A DNA stretch of 64,000 nucleotides, taken from contig DAOTXR010000037.1 of assembly GCA_034435375.1 (NCBI GenBank), positions 76,280 to 140,279 on the forward strand, in the 5' to 3' direction. A program made the translations under genes and the position numbers. The stretch is from Anaerolineae bacterium (GTDB taxonomy: Bacteria > Chloroflexota > Anaerolineae > Aggregatilineales > UBA3940). Within the stretch, counting starts at the first letter, position 1; every line of letters starts with the position of its first letter. The notes under the pieces are model-generated. The model saw only the letters and a list, made by a program, of their open reading frames with translations. It searched no databases and was not told where the DNA came from. Positions 26,678 through 35,179 of the stretch are shown here, piece by piece.

Positions 26678-28252
26678 ATGAAGAGACTAGCCCAGAGCGC
26701 CATCCCCATAGCCTTGCTCATTGTGCTGTCGAGCTGTGCTGGCAAGAATGCCCCGACTGTAGAGCCGATGTTGGTTCCTGGGGAGCCGCAGGCTATCAGT
26801 GCTGATGCTGTTCAGGAGCCTACCAGGGAGGCAGTTGCCCCCTCAGCCGTAGAGGCTCCCATGATGGCACCTTCCCAGGCAGGGGAGCAGCCAGACACTA
26901 TGATCTTCCAGGACTATGGGACCAACCCATTTGTTGACGCCAGCTCCGACAACCTATCCACTTTTGCCGTCGATGTGGACACGGGTTCGTACACACTCAC
27001 GCGCAGCTACCTCAATGATGGCATCCTGCCCCCACCGGAAGCAGTACGTCTGGAGGAATTTGTCAACTACTTTGACCAGGACTATCCCTTGCCACAGCAA
27101 GATGCCTTCAACATCGTCATCGATGCTGCACCGACTCCTTTCAGCGCTGAGCATAACCTAGTGATGCGTGTGGGCATCCAGGGGTATGATATTGACCCTG
27201 ACCAGCGCTCTGATGCCTTGTTGATCTTCGTCATTGACGTGTCTGGCTCAATGGACCGCGAGGATCGCCTGGGATCGGTCAAAGTGGCCCTGAATACGCT
27301 GATCGACCACCTGCGCCCAACTGATAAGGTCGGCATCGTCGTCTACGGTTCGTCAGGTCGTGTGCTGCTTGAGCCGACACCCATCAGCCAGTCCGAGAGG
27401 ATCCGCAGCGCTATCGCAGCTCTTCAGCCTGACGGCTCGACAAACGCCGAGGAGGGCCTCAGGCTTGCTTACCAGATGGCTACTGCTCACTTTGTGCCCG
27501 ACCGCATCAACCGTCTGATTCTATGTTCGGATGGCGTAGCCAACGTTGGCGCCACCGGACCTGAGGCCATCCTAGAGACAGTTCGTCAGCAGGCCCGTGA
27601 CGGAATCACGCTGACCACCGTTGGTTTTGGGATGGGCAACTACAACGATGTACTGATGGAGCAGCTCGCCGATGACGGCGATGGCCAGTACTTCTATGTC
27701 GATAGCCAGGATGAAGCTGAACGCATCTTCGTTGAGAGGTTGACAGGTGTGCTCCAGACGATTGCACACAACGCCAAGATCCAGGTCGAGTTCAACCCCG
27801 AAGCCGTGACATACTACCGACTGATGGGTTACGAGAACCGCGACGTTGCCGACGAGGATTTCCGCAATGACGCGGTGGATGCCGGGGAGATCGGCGCGGG
27901 ACATAGCGTCACTGCGCTATATGAGGTTGTGCCCGCCGAGGGGGCACAGGGGTCCCTCGCCACCGTCCGTCTGCGCTGGGAAGATCCTGAGACCGGTAGT
28001 GTGACCGAGATTGAGCGTAGTGTTACGATGGACGAGGTGCTCGGCTCGTTCGAGCAGGCTCCAGCCCGCTTCCGGCTGGACGTGGCGGTAGCGGCCTTTG
28101 CCGACAATCTGGGCCAGGGGGCATGGGTGCAAAGCGCCCATCTCGAAGAAATCTGGACGATTGCCAACCAGGTCTCGATCGAACTCCCGGATGACGCCGA
28201 CATCCGCGAGTTCGCTAACCTGGTCACGCTGGCAATGGGTCTCCAGCAGTGA
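26678..28252 (+). CDS. von Willebrand factor type A domain lipoprotein (YfbK-like)
   Basis: The signal MKRLAQSAIPIALLIVLSSC has a lipobox. The vWA MIDAS-type motif is VIDVSGSM. ATG 26678 has GGGAGG upstream; the track's GTG 26645 extension is unnecessary. Confidence 0.85.
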   Translation: MKRLAQSAIPIALLIVLSSCAGKNAPTVEPMLVPGEPQAISADAVQEPTREAVAPSAVEAPMMAPSQAGEQPDTMIFQDYGTNPFVDASSDNLSTFAVDVDTGSYTLTRSYLNDGILPPPEAVRLEEFVNYFDQDYPLPQQDAFNIVIDAAPTPFSAEHNLVMRVGIQGYDIDPDQRSDALLIFVIDVSGSMDREDRLGSVKVALNTLIDHLRPTDKVGIVVYGSSGRVLLEPTPISQSERIRSAIAALQPDGSTNAEEGLRLAYQMATAHFVPDRINRLILCSDGVANVGATGPEAILETVRQQARDGITLTTVGFGMGNYNDVLMEQLADDGDGQYFYVDSQDEAERIFVERLTGVLQTIAHNAKIQVEFNPEAVTYYRLMGYENRDVADEDFRNDAVDAGEIGAGHSVTALYEVVPAEGAQGSLATVRLRWEDPETGSVTEIERSVTMDEVLGSFEQAPARFRLDVAVAAFADNLGQGAWVQSAHLEEIWTIANQVSIELPDDADIREFANLVTLAMGLQQ

Positions 28253-28294
28253 GGTAGCGATCCAGGACACCCCATAACTATCTCCAGATAAACG

Positions 28295-28328
28295 ACAAGG
28301 CCGTCCTCCAGCATAAGGACGGCCTTGT
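28295..28328. terminator. Hairpin between convergent genes (likely bidirectional terminator)
   Basis: A perfect 13-bp stem, ACAAGGCCGTCCT / AGGACGGCCTTGT, with an 8-nt loop. Both sides have only moderately T-rich flanks. Confidence 0.55.
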
Positions 28329-28352
28329 TGGTGGTTACACCTACCCAGTGGC

Positions 28353-29294
28353 TCAATCTCCGATTTGCACGTTGCCAAAAACGTTGCTCACCTGGATGGT
28401 GACGCGGTTTTCAGCAGTGTCATAGTGCATGGTCTGCCAAACCCCATCTCCTATTTTCTTGAACCGGTTCGGCAAGTCGATGTTAGAGAGAAACCCATCC
28501 ACACTGACACGCGCTTCAAGCCCCTCCGGCACAGTGAGGCGCACACTGCCCATAGCTGCCTCAACGTTTACCACATAATCCCCTCGGTCGGGAAGCATGG
28601 CAGTGACCCGGCCGACCCCACTTTGAAGGGTCAGCAGCCTGATCTGCAGGCCGGTAAGGTCCAGGGTGAAATCGCCGACACCCGCCTCAACAATCAGGTT
28701 GTCAATCGGCACTGCGTCGGTCAGCCTTAAATTGAGATCACCCACGAGACCAGAACCGAGGTTCGTATTTCTTTCCCCTTGCTGCTCGATGCGTAGGCGG
28801 CCCGTGCTGCCAGTCGTATCGTATATGATCTCGAAGTTCAGGGCCTCATCGGTACGAAACTCGCCTTCGACAACATTGCGGCTGTCAGACAGCGGGCTGA
28901 TGCGAGCTGAGGCCGCCCCTATGGCGACCTCGACGCGCTCAAGCTCAGTCACGTCGCCTAGCTCCTGCTCAATCTGGCGGGTGACGGTGTTGCCGGATGG
29001 CGAAACCAGGGCAGGACCGGAAGATGTCCCTGCCCAGAAGATCATAACCCCCACTATAACAAGGCCCAGAATCGCCACTGCTATGCTCCCAACCATCGAA
29101 CGGCTCAGCAGCAAATCCAGGCCGATCAGGATAATGGCCACTGGCCAGAACCGCCACAGCAACCACCAGTTCAGCTGAATCACTCCCATGTTTTGCAGCA
29201 ACAGCGCAACGCCAATCCCGATCAGAATGATGGCTCCGGCAAGCCCTCGTGGACCCCGCTGGCGCTCCTGAGGATAAATCCGATGTTCTGTCAT
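28353..29294 (-). CDS. LiaF-like / toastrack-domain membrane protein (cell-envelope stress family)
   Basis: The N-terminal LiaI-LiaF-like TM region is GAIILIGIGVALLLQN..WPVAIILIGLDLLL. The C-terminal repetitive beta-rich domain resembles the LiaF/DUF2154 toastrack. Confidence 0.7.
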   Translation of the reverse strand: MTEHRIYPQERQRGPRGLAGAIILIGIGVALLLQNMGVIQLNWWLLWRFWPVAIILIGLDLLLSRSMVGSIAVAILGLVIVGVMIFWAGTSSGPALVSPSGNTVTRQIEQELGDVTELERVEVAIGAASARISPLSDSRNVVEGEFRTDEALNFEIIYDTTGSTGRLRIEQQGERNTNLGSGLVGDLNLRLTDAVPIDNLIVEAGVGDFTLDLTGLQIRLLTLQSGVGRVTAMLPDRGDYVVNVEAAMGSVRLTVPEGLEARVSVDGFLSNIDLPNRFKKIGDGVWQTMHYDTAENRVTIQVSNVFGNVQIGD

Positions 29295-29334
29295 GCCTAC
29301 AGTCTCCTAACGATCAAATCTGAACCAGGACAGG

Positions 29335-29766
29335 CTAGCGGCGTGCAAATAGCACAAGCACACCAATCGCAATCAGGGCTATGGGCCACAGCAAGCCGGG
29401 GTTGATCCCCGGTACGAGATTGTTCAGCAGAAACAATGCTCCCAGCACAATCAGGATCACACCCAGGATCAGTGTGCCCTGCGGCGCATTGCGGAATGAA
29501 GTGCCCAGCCGCTTGGCCTGTTCTCCGATGTCTTGAATGTTCGATCGTACCAGGTCCTCACCGCCCAGTTCGCGGTTTGTCTCGTCAGGTACAATCACCC
29601 AGATGATCAGGTAGATCAACAGACCCAGACCATTGACCAGCGCCAGGATACCAAACGCCAGGCGGAACAACATCGGATCGATGCTGAAGTACTCGCCTAG
29701 CCCGGCACACACACCACCGATCACCCGGTTGGTTCTGCTGCGATATAGTCTTTTCATCTCAGACAT
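29335..29766 (-). CDS. PspC domain-containing membrane protein
   Basis: The PspC motif is LYRSRTNRVIGGVCAGLGEYFSIDPMLFRLAFGILAL..GLLIYLIIWVIVP. Start chosen at ATG 29766 (GAGGTG upstream). Alternatives are 29787 and 29757. Confidence 0.85.
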   Translation of the reverse strand: MSEMKRLYRSRTNRVIGGVCAGLGEYFSIDPMLFRLAFGILALVNGLGLLIYLIIWVIVPDETNRELGGEDLVRSNIQDIGEQAKRLGTSFRNAPQGTLILGVILIVLGALFLLNNLVPGINPGLLWPIALIAIGVLVLFARR

Positions 29767-30034
29767 ACCACACCTCGTAGCTGTCAAACTTCACTCAGCA
29801 GGAGTGAATACTTTCATCATACAGTACGCATCCTGGTAGCAAAGGTTGCGCGGCCTCACACGGGATTATACCTCCCTTGCTCACCAGTACTTCGGCATTC
29901 AGCATCACCCTTATCACCTGCTATACTCACAACACGTTCTCGCTCGACTCTGGACTGTGTGGTCCTGAGGGCCTTTGCTCATGCCTCCCGTTCGCTCGTA
30001 TCCAGCCCTTGATACTCCTTGTGAAAAGCAATAT

Positions 30035-30063
30035 TTGACGAATCGCGCAGGACATGGTATCTT
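30035..30063 (+). promoter_or_regulatory. Candidate promoter for the arg leader/operon
   Basis: TTGACG (30035-30040), a 17-nt spacer, then TATCTT (30058-30063). It is preceded by an unusually AT-rich patch (gtgaaaagcaatattt). Confidence 0.4.
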
Positions 30064-30091
30064 CGCCCGCAAATTTCTACAGGACACCTGA

Positions 30092-30175
30092 ATGTCACAG
30101 ATTGTTGTTGCCGTCCGCCGTAATCGCCCTTCGCCTCGCCAGACTCCCCCGGGGTCCGGCTTGGTGGCGTTGTAG
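30092..30175 (+). promoter_or_regulatory. Candidate leader-peptide ORF (27 codons) with an Arg-codon cluster
   Basis: ATG 30092 has AGGA 7 nt upstream. The translation is MSQIVVAVRRNRPSPRQTPPGSGLVAL*. Arg codons fall at positions 9, 10, 12 and 16. The ORF ends 35 nt before the terminator hairpin. Confidence 0.3.
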
Positions 30176-30210
30176 CGGCAGTCAGCAACACCCAGCGCAC
30201 GCAGCACAAC

Positions 30211-30244
30211 CCGCTCCCGGACCACAGCCGGGAGCGGTTTTTTT
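30211..30244 (+). terminator. Intrinsic terminator immediately upstream of argC (attenuator candidate)
   Basis: A perfect 10-bp GC-rich stem, CCGCTCCCGG / CCGGGAGCGG, with a 7-nt loop, followed by TTTTTTT. No + strand gene lies upstream. The argC RBS (GGGGGA) and ATG 30262 follow within 18 nt. Confidence 0.75.
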
Positions 30245-30261
30245 AGTACAGGGGGAAAGAC

Positions 30262-31272
30262 ATGATGGTTGCCGTAGGCATCTACGGTGCGACAGGCTAT
30301 ACCGGGCTGGAGTTGGTGCGGTTATTGGCGCACCACCCAGAGGTGCACATCGGTTTCGTGACATCGGAAAGCATGGCCAACCAGAGCCTGCGCCGTAGCT
30401 GGCCTCTTGCTCCTGACCTGCAGTTAGTACATGCCGCCGACGCGCCGCTGGACAGCGTACAGAGTGTGTTCCTGTGCTTGCCCCACACTGAGTGTGCGCC
30501 GCTGGCTGCGCAGGCGCTAATGAGGAATGTCCGCGTTGTCGATCTGTCTGCCGATCTGCGCCTGAACGAAGTCGAGGCATACTCGCAGTGGTATAGCGCA
30601 GCCCATCCTGCTCCCCATCTCCTGCCGATACCTTACGGCCTGCCAGAACTGGGCCGTGGCCCGCTGAGCGGGGCAAAGTGCATCGCCAACCCAGGCTGCT
30701 ACGCAACGGCAGCTTTGCTGGGACTAGTGCCGTTGGCGCGATTCGAATTGCTTGTCGATGGCACCCCATTGATCGTCGATGCCAAGTCGGGGGTGTCGGG
30801 TGCGGGGCGGTCACCTAAACCGCACCTCCTGTTCGGCGAGGTCCACGGCAACCTCTCCCCCTATAGTATCGGGCGTACTCACCGCCACATTGCGGAGATC
30901 GAGCAGGTGCTGGCGGCTGAGGGTGTATCTGCAGGGCGGCTGATCTTCTCCCCGCACCTGTTACCCACCGACCGTGGCATTCTGGCCACGATCTATGTCC
31001 AGGTGAGGGACGTCACCCTGGCTCGCGCAGCCTATGAGGAAATGTACGGCGCTGAACCACTGATCGAAGTGCTGCCGGAGGGCGATCTGGCAACCCTGGC
31101 CCATGTGGTGCGGACACCGCGTGCGGCGATCTCGCTAACCCCAGTAGGCAGCAGGACGCTGATCGTCGTGGTGACCATTGACAACCTGCTCAAGGGCGCA
31201 GCCTCACAAGCTGTGCAGAATTTTAACCTGATGTGGGGCTTCGAGGAAACCACCGGACTGCTGTCTTGCTGA
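30262..31272 (+). CDS. argC: N-acetyl-gamma-glutamyl-phosphate reductase
   Basis: It has IYGATGYTGLELVRLL and the active-site motif NPGCYAT. Length is 336 aa. Confidence 0.93.
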   Translation: MMVAVGIYGATGYTGLELVRLLAHHPEVHIGFVTSESMANQSLRRSWPLAPDLQLVHAADAPLDSVQSVFLCLPHTECAPLAAQALMRNVRVVDLSADLRLNEVEAYSQWYSAAHPAPHLLPIPYGLPELGRGPLSGAKCIANPGCYATAALLGLVPLARFELLVDGTPLIVDAKSGVSGAGRSPKPHLLFGEVHGNLSPYSIGRTHRHIAEIEQVLAAEGVSAGRLIFSPHLLPTDRGILATIYVQVRDVTLARAAYEEMYGAEPLIEVLPEGDLATLAHVVRTPRAAISLTPVGSRTLIVVVTIDNLLKGAASQAVQNFNLMWGFEETTGLLSC

Positions 31273-31305
31273 ATAGACCGCGGTTCGGCCTTTGATGGAG
31301 AGGCT

Positions 31306-32055
31306 ATGGACAAGGGTTCACCAATTGTGATCAAAGTGGGCGGCAACCATCTAGAACAGCCCGGTTTCATCCCGGCGCTGGCGCAGGTGGTGGCTGAGCA
31401 TCAGCAGCGGCAGCCCTGCATTCTGATCCACGGCGGCGGGCGGGCGGTAGACGCCCTGATGGCTCGGTTGGGCATCACGCCATCCTACATCGATGGGCAG
31501 CGCGTGACCGACGATGACACGTTGGCGGCTGTGGAGATGATGCTCACGGGTCGCGTGAACAAGGACCTCACTCTGGCGCTGCTGGAGGTGGGTGTTGACG
31601 CGCTGGGGATGAGTGGAGTGGATCGCGGGCTGATCCGCGTCGAACCGTGGTCGGCGGCGATGGGGCGCGTGGGGCGCGTGGTGAACGTGAGGGCTGAGGT
31701 GCTGCGCGAGCTGTGCGCCCAGGGTGTGGTGCCTGTCATCTCACCGATCTCTGCTGGGCCGGAGGGGCGCTATAACGTCAATGCCGACCACATAGCAGGA
31801 GCCATCGCGGGAGCAGTGGATGCCTCACATGCTGCTTTCGTGACCGACACACCCGGTGTGTGGGTAGGCAACACACTGGCAGAGCAGCTTTCGGCAGGCG
31901 AGGTCAGAGAGTTAATTGCCCAGGGAGTCATCCACGGCGGAATGGTTCCCAAGGTCAATGCCGCGCTGGACGCCCTGACAAACGGAGTGCACAGGGTGGT
32001 CATCACCGATTTGGAAGGATTGCGCCGGGGAACTGGCACGACCGTGGTGCAGTGA
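31306..32055 (+). CDS. argB: Acetylglutamate kinase
   Basis: The amino-acid kinase motifs are IKVGG, IHGGG, GQRVT, NVNADH and GGMVPKV. Length is 249 aa. Confidence 0.9.
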   Translation: MDKGSPIVIKVGGNHLEQPGFIPALAQVVAEHQQRQPCILIHGGGRAVDALMARLGITPSYIDGQRVTDDDTLAAVEMMLTGRVNKDLTLALLEVGVDALGMSGVDRGLIRVEPWSAAMGRVGRVVNVRAEVLRELCAQGVVPVISPISAGPEGRYNVNADHIAGAIAGAVDASHAAFVTDTPGVWVGNTLAEQLSAGEVRELIAQGVIHGGMVPKVNAALDALTNGVHRVVITDLEGLRRGTGTTVVQ

Positions 32056-32085
32056 GTGGCAGCTAGCATACTTGAGGAGGCAGTC

Positions 32086-33282
32086 ATGGCTATCGACACG
32101 CAGCACATCATCGCTACGGAGATCGTAGAGAAGGAAGGCCGGTACGTCCTGGGGACCTACAAACGTGCTCCTTTTGTGCTGGTAGAGGCGGCAGGGATGA
32201 CCGTTACCGACAGCACAGGCAAACGCTACCTGGACTTTGGGGCAGGGATCGCAGTGAATGCGCTGGGGCACGCCGACCCTGAGATCGTGGCCGTGGTGCA
32301 ACAACAGATAGCGCAGCTCAACCACGTCTCGAACCTGTATCACACTGCGCCCCATGTCGAGCTGGCTGAGATGCTCTGCAACCTCAGCTTTGCCGATAAG
32401 GTGTTCTTTTGCAACTCGGGCGCCGAAGCCATTGAGGCAGCGATTAAGTTCGCCCGCAAATATGCTCGTGTCACGCACGATCCCGGCAAGACCGGGATCG
32501 TCGCTTTTGGCGGCGCTTTCCATGGGCGGACCATTGGCGCACTATCCATTACACCACGCGAAGCCTACCAGGCCCCTTTCCGACCACTAGTCAATGGCGT
32601 GACGTATGGAAACTTCAACAACATTGAGGCAGCACAGGCGTTCATTGGGCCAAACACGTGCGCGGTGTTTGTCGAGCCGGTGCAGGGCGAGGGCGGCGTG
32701 CATGTCGCTACAGCGCAGTTCCTGGAGGCGCTGCGCGAACTGTGCGACCGTCACGATGCGCTGCTGGTGTTCGATGAGGTGCAGTGCGGGCTTGGGCGGA
32801 CCGGCAGGTTGTGGGCCTACGAGCATTATGGCGTGCAGCCGGACATCATGACAGTGGCTAAGGCGCTGGGCGGCGGTCTGCCGATGGGCGCCACGCTGGT
32901 CAGCGAGCGGGTAGCAGCAGTGATGGAAGCAGGCGATCACGGCAGCACATTTGCTGGCAGCCCTGTGGTGGCGCGTGCGGCACAGGTCGTACTGCGGCGT
33001 GTCAGCGATCCAGCGTTTTTAGAGCATGTCCGTGCGATGGGCGATGTGCTGATCACGCGCCTGCGTGGGTTAAAGTCATCCCACATCAAAGAGGTACGAG
33101 GGTTGGGGCTGATGGCTGGGATTGAGCTGGATGTGGAAGTTGCGCCAATGATCGCCGCAGGGTACGAGCGTGGCGTGATTCTGCTCAATGCCGGACCAAA
33201 TGTGCTGCGCCTGCTGCCGCCACTGATCGTCGAGGAGGAGCACATCGAAGTGCTGATCGGGGTATTGGAGGAAATCCTGTAG
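32086..33282 (+). CDS. argD: Acetylornithine aminotransferase (class III)
   Basis: Motifs are FCNSGAEA, FDEVQCGLGRTG and the PLP-lysine context TVAKALGGG. ATG 32086 has GAGGAGG upstream; the track's GTG 32056 is less likely. Confidence 0.9.
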   Translation: MAIDTQHIIATEIVEKEGRYVLGTYKRAPFVLVEAAGMTVTDSTGKRYLDFGAGIAVNALGHADPEIVAVVQQQIAQLNHVSNLYHTAPHVELAEMLCNLSFADKVFFCNSGAEAIEAAIKFARKYARVTHDPGKTGIVAFGGAFHGRTIGALSITPREAYQAPFRPLVNGVTYGNFNNIEAAQAFIGPNTCAVFVEPVQGEGGVHVATAQFLEALRELCDRHDALLVFDEVQCGLGRTGRLWAYEHYGVQPDIMTVAKALGGGLPMGATLVSERVAAVMEAGDHGSTFAGSPVVARAAQVVLRRVSDPAFLEHVRAMGDVLITRLRGLKSSHIKEVRGLGLMAGIELDVEVAPMIAAGYERGVILLNAGPNVLRLLPPLIVEEEHIEVLIGVLEEIL

Positions 33283-33340
33283 GAACAAGTGTTTTTGCGA
33301 AAAGCCATTGGATTACTTTCCGCTGAAGAAGGGAGGCCGG

Positions 33341-33871
33341 TTGACCGACATAGCTGTCCATACGCCTGCGCCGCACTTCTCACACATCCGCGCGGCGCGG
33401 GTCGAGGAGGTGGAGAACATCCTGGCGCTGTTTGCTGATGAAGTCCGTGCAGGCAAGATGTTGCCGCGCGATGCGGGAGAGGTTCGCGCCCGGATCGCTG
33501 ACTGGTTGGTAGCCGAGTCAGCAGGCCGCCTGGTCGGCTGTGTGTCTCTGGTGTTCTTTGACGAGGACTTGTGTGAGCTGCGCTCGCTGGCAGTCGATGC
33601 CCAATGGAGAGGCAATGGCCTGGGCGGAGCGCTGATCGACGCTGCTGTCAACCTGGCGCGGCAACGTGGGATGCAGCGCGTGCTGACATTGACCCGATCA
33701 GTGAGTCTGTTTGAACAGCATGGCTTCCGACGGGATCTTGTAGCTAACTTTCCAGAGAAGGTGTGGCGCGATTGCATGCCATGCCCTCTGCGTGAGCGGT
33801 GCGACGAAGTAGCGTTGATCTGCTCTTTGGGACTGACTGACGGGCACAGTGGCAACGGAAGGCAACCATGA
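33341..33871 (+). CDS. GNAT-family amino-acid N-acetyltransferase (short N-acetylglutamate-synthase-like)
   Basis: The GNAT motif A is LAVDAQWRGNGLGGALI. The C-terminal tail is KVWRDCMPCPLRERCDE. Position within the arg operon supports the call. The start is uncertain: TTG 33341 with GGGAGG upstream, versus the track's TTG 33308. Confidence 0.75.
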   Translation: MTDIAVHTPAPHFSHIRAARVEEVENILALFADEVRAGKMLPRDAGEVRARIADWLVAESAGRLVGCVSLVFFDEDLCELRSLAVDAQWRGNGLGGALIDAAVNLARQRGMQRVLTLTRSVSLFEQHGFRRDLVANFPEKVWRDCMPCPLRERCDEVALICSLGLTDGHSGNGRQP

Positions 33872-35055
33872 CCCATGTTCAGGTAAAGGGGTATAGCGCA
33901 GCAGGGGTGTCCTGCGGGTTGAAACCCGATGGCAAGAAAGACCTCGCGCTGATCGTAGGGGAAAGACCCTGTACGGTAGCTGGTGTGTTCACGACCAACC
34001 GCGTTAAGGCTGCGCCGGTGCTGTATGACATGCTGACAATCGGCGCTGGAAAGCCAGTACGAGCAGTGGTAGCTAATGCAGGAAACGCCAATGCCTGTAC
34101 GGGTGAGCAAGGTATGTCCAACGTCCGTGCGATGGCCGATCAGACCGCCAGGGTCGTCGGCTGCACACCAGACGAAGTGCTAGTGCTGTCAACAGGTGTG
34201 ATCGGCGTGCAGATGCCGATGGACAAAGTACTGCCCGGCATCCAGGCTGCGGCACAGGCGCTTGCAGCAGAGGGATGGGACGCTGCTGCCCATGCCATCA
34301 TGACAACCGACACGCGGCCTAAGATCGTTAGTCTCACCTCCCACCGAGGGTACACCATCACAGGCATTGCCAAAGGGGCAGGGATGATCGCGCCGAACAT
34401 GGCAACCATGCTAGCCGTGATCGTTACGGATGCACAGGCGACGCGCCGCTGCCTTCACAACGCACTGATGGAGTCCGTCAATGTGAGCTTTAACCGCATC
34501 GTCGTCGATGGCGACATGAGCACCAACGACACGGTACTGCTGCTGGCGAACGGAGCATCGGGGGTGGCGGTGGATGGCAGCGAGGTGGAGTTCGGCTCGC
34601 TGCTGAGGAGCGTGTGTGTGACACTGGCGCAGGCCATCGTCCGTGATGGCGAGGGCGCGACGAAGTTTGTGACGGTCGAGGTGACTGGCGCACCTGACCA
34701 GGCTTCGGCGCTGGCGGTGGCTCGTAGCATTGCCACCTCGCCGCTCTGCAAGACGGCCTTTTACGGCAACGATCCAAACTGGGGGCGAATCGTGTGCGCT
34801 GCGGGATATTCTGGCGCAGCTGTGGAGCCAGACCGGCTGACGTTGGAGCTAGCCGATGCCAACGGAGGCGCAAAGGTCCGACTTGTGGTGGGCGGACAGC
34901 CTGCGGATTACGACGAGAATGCAGCTATCGCCTTGATGCAAGGGCCGGAATGGAGCATCCACCTTGACCTTGGGCTGGGGGGTGCGTCGAGCACAGTCTG
35001 GACATGTGATCTCAGCCCTGAGTATGTGTCTATCAACGGACACTATCGCACCTGA
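33868..35055 (+). CDS. argJ: Bifunctional ornithine acetyltransferase / N-acetylglutamate synthase
   Basis: The ArgJ family pattern includes the autoprocessing site context PNMATMLAVIVTDA. ATGA overlap with the upstream gene. Confidence 0.92.
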   Translation: MTHVQVKGYSAAGVSCGLKPDGKKDLALIVGERPCTVAGVFTTNRVKAAPVLYDMLTIGAGKPVRAVVANAGNANACTGEQGMSNVRAMADQTARVVGCTPDEVLVLSTGVIGVQMPMDKVLPGIQAAAQALAAEGWDAAAHAIMTTDTRPKIVSLTSHRGYTITGIAKGAGMIAPNMATMLAVIVTDAQATRRCLHNALMESVNVSFNRIVVDGDMSTNDTVLLLANGASGVAVDGSEVEFGSLLRSVCVTLAQAIVRDGEGATKFVTVEVTGAPDQASALAVARSIATSPLCKTAFYGNDPNWGRIVCAAGYSGAAVEPDRLTLELADANGGAKVRLVVGGQPADYDENAAIALMQGPEWSIHLDLGLGGASSTVWTCDLSPEYVSINGHYRT

Positions 35056-35179
35056 TTGTCGATTCAGGGGTGCGGGAGTGCCGGGCCTCTAGGCGTTGGC
35101 AGCCCTACAGAGGGTGCCAAAGGATGCAGAGGCTGTCTCGTCTCATAGAATGTCTGCCTTTGGGAAGGGAGAAATTCTC

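Noticed and set aside
29790-30244. A T-box riboswitch upstream of argC, suggested by a GGTGG motif at about 30162 close to the terminator.
   Set aside because: By eye I could not find a Stem I with a specifier loop, AG-bay or distal-loop motifs, or the full T-box consensus pairing with the terminator 5' arm. It is kept only as an alternative to test with Infernal/Rfam in the leader finding.
31655-31685. Short tandem duplications (ggggcgcgt x2) and other local repeats. The whole window was also scanned by eye for CRISPR-like or larger repeat arrays.
   Set aside because: The duplication is in-frame coding sequence (MGRVGRV) within argB. No spaced direct-repeat array or long non-coding repeat was seen anywhere in the window.
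33313-34110. A 265-aa ORF antisense to the GNAT/argJ genes. Similar long shadow ORFs occur at 46229-47023 (+), 30182-30814 (-), 14618-15244 (-) and 20803-21366 (-).
   Set aside because: They are Arg/Ser/Pro/Gly-rich with no recognisable motifs. Each lies opposite a gene with clear family signatures. This is the expected artefact of stop-codon-poor antisense frames in GC-rich DNA.
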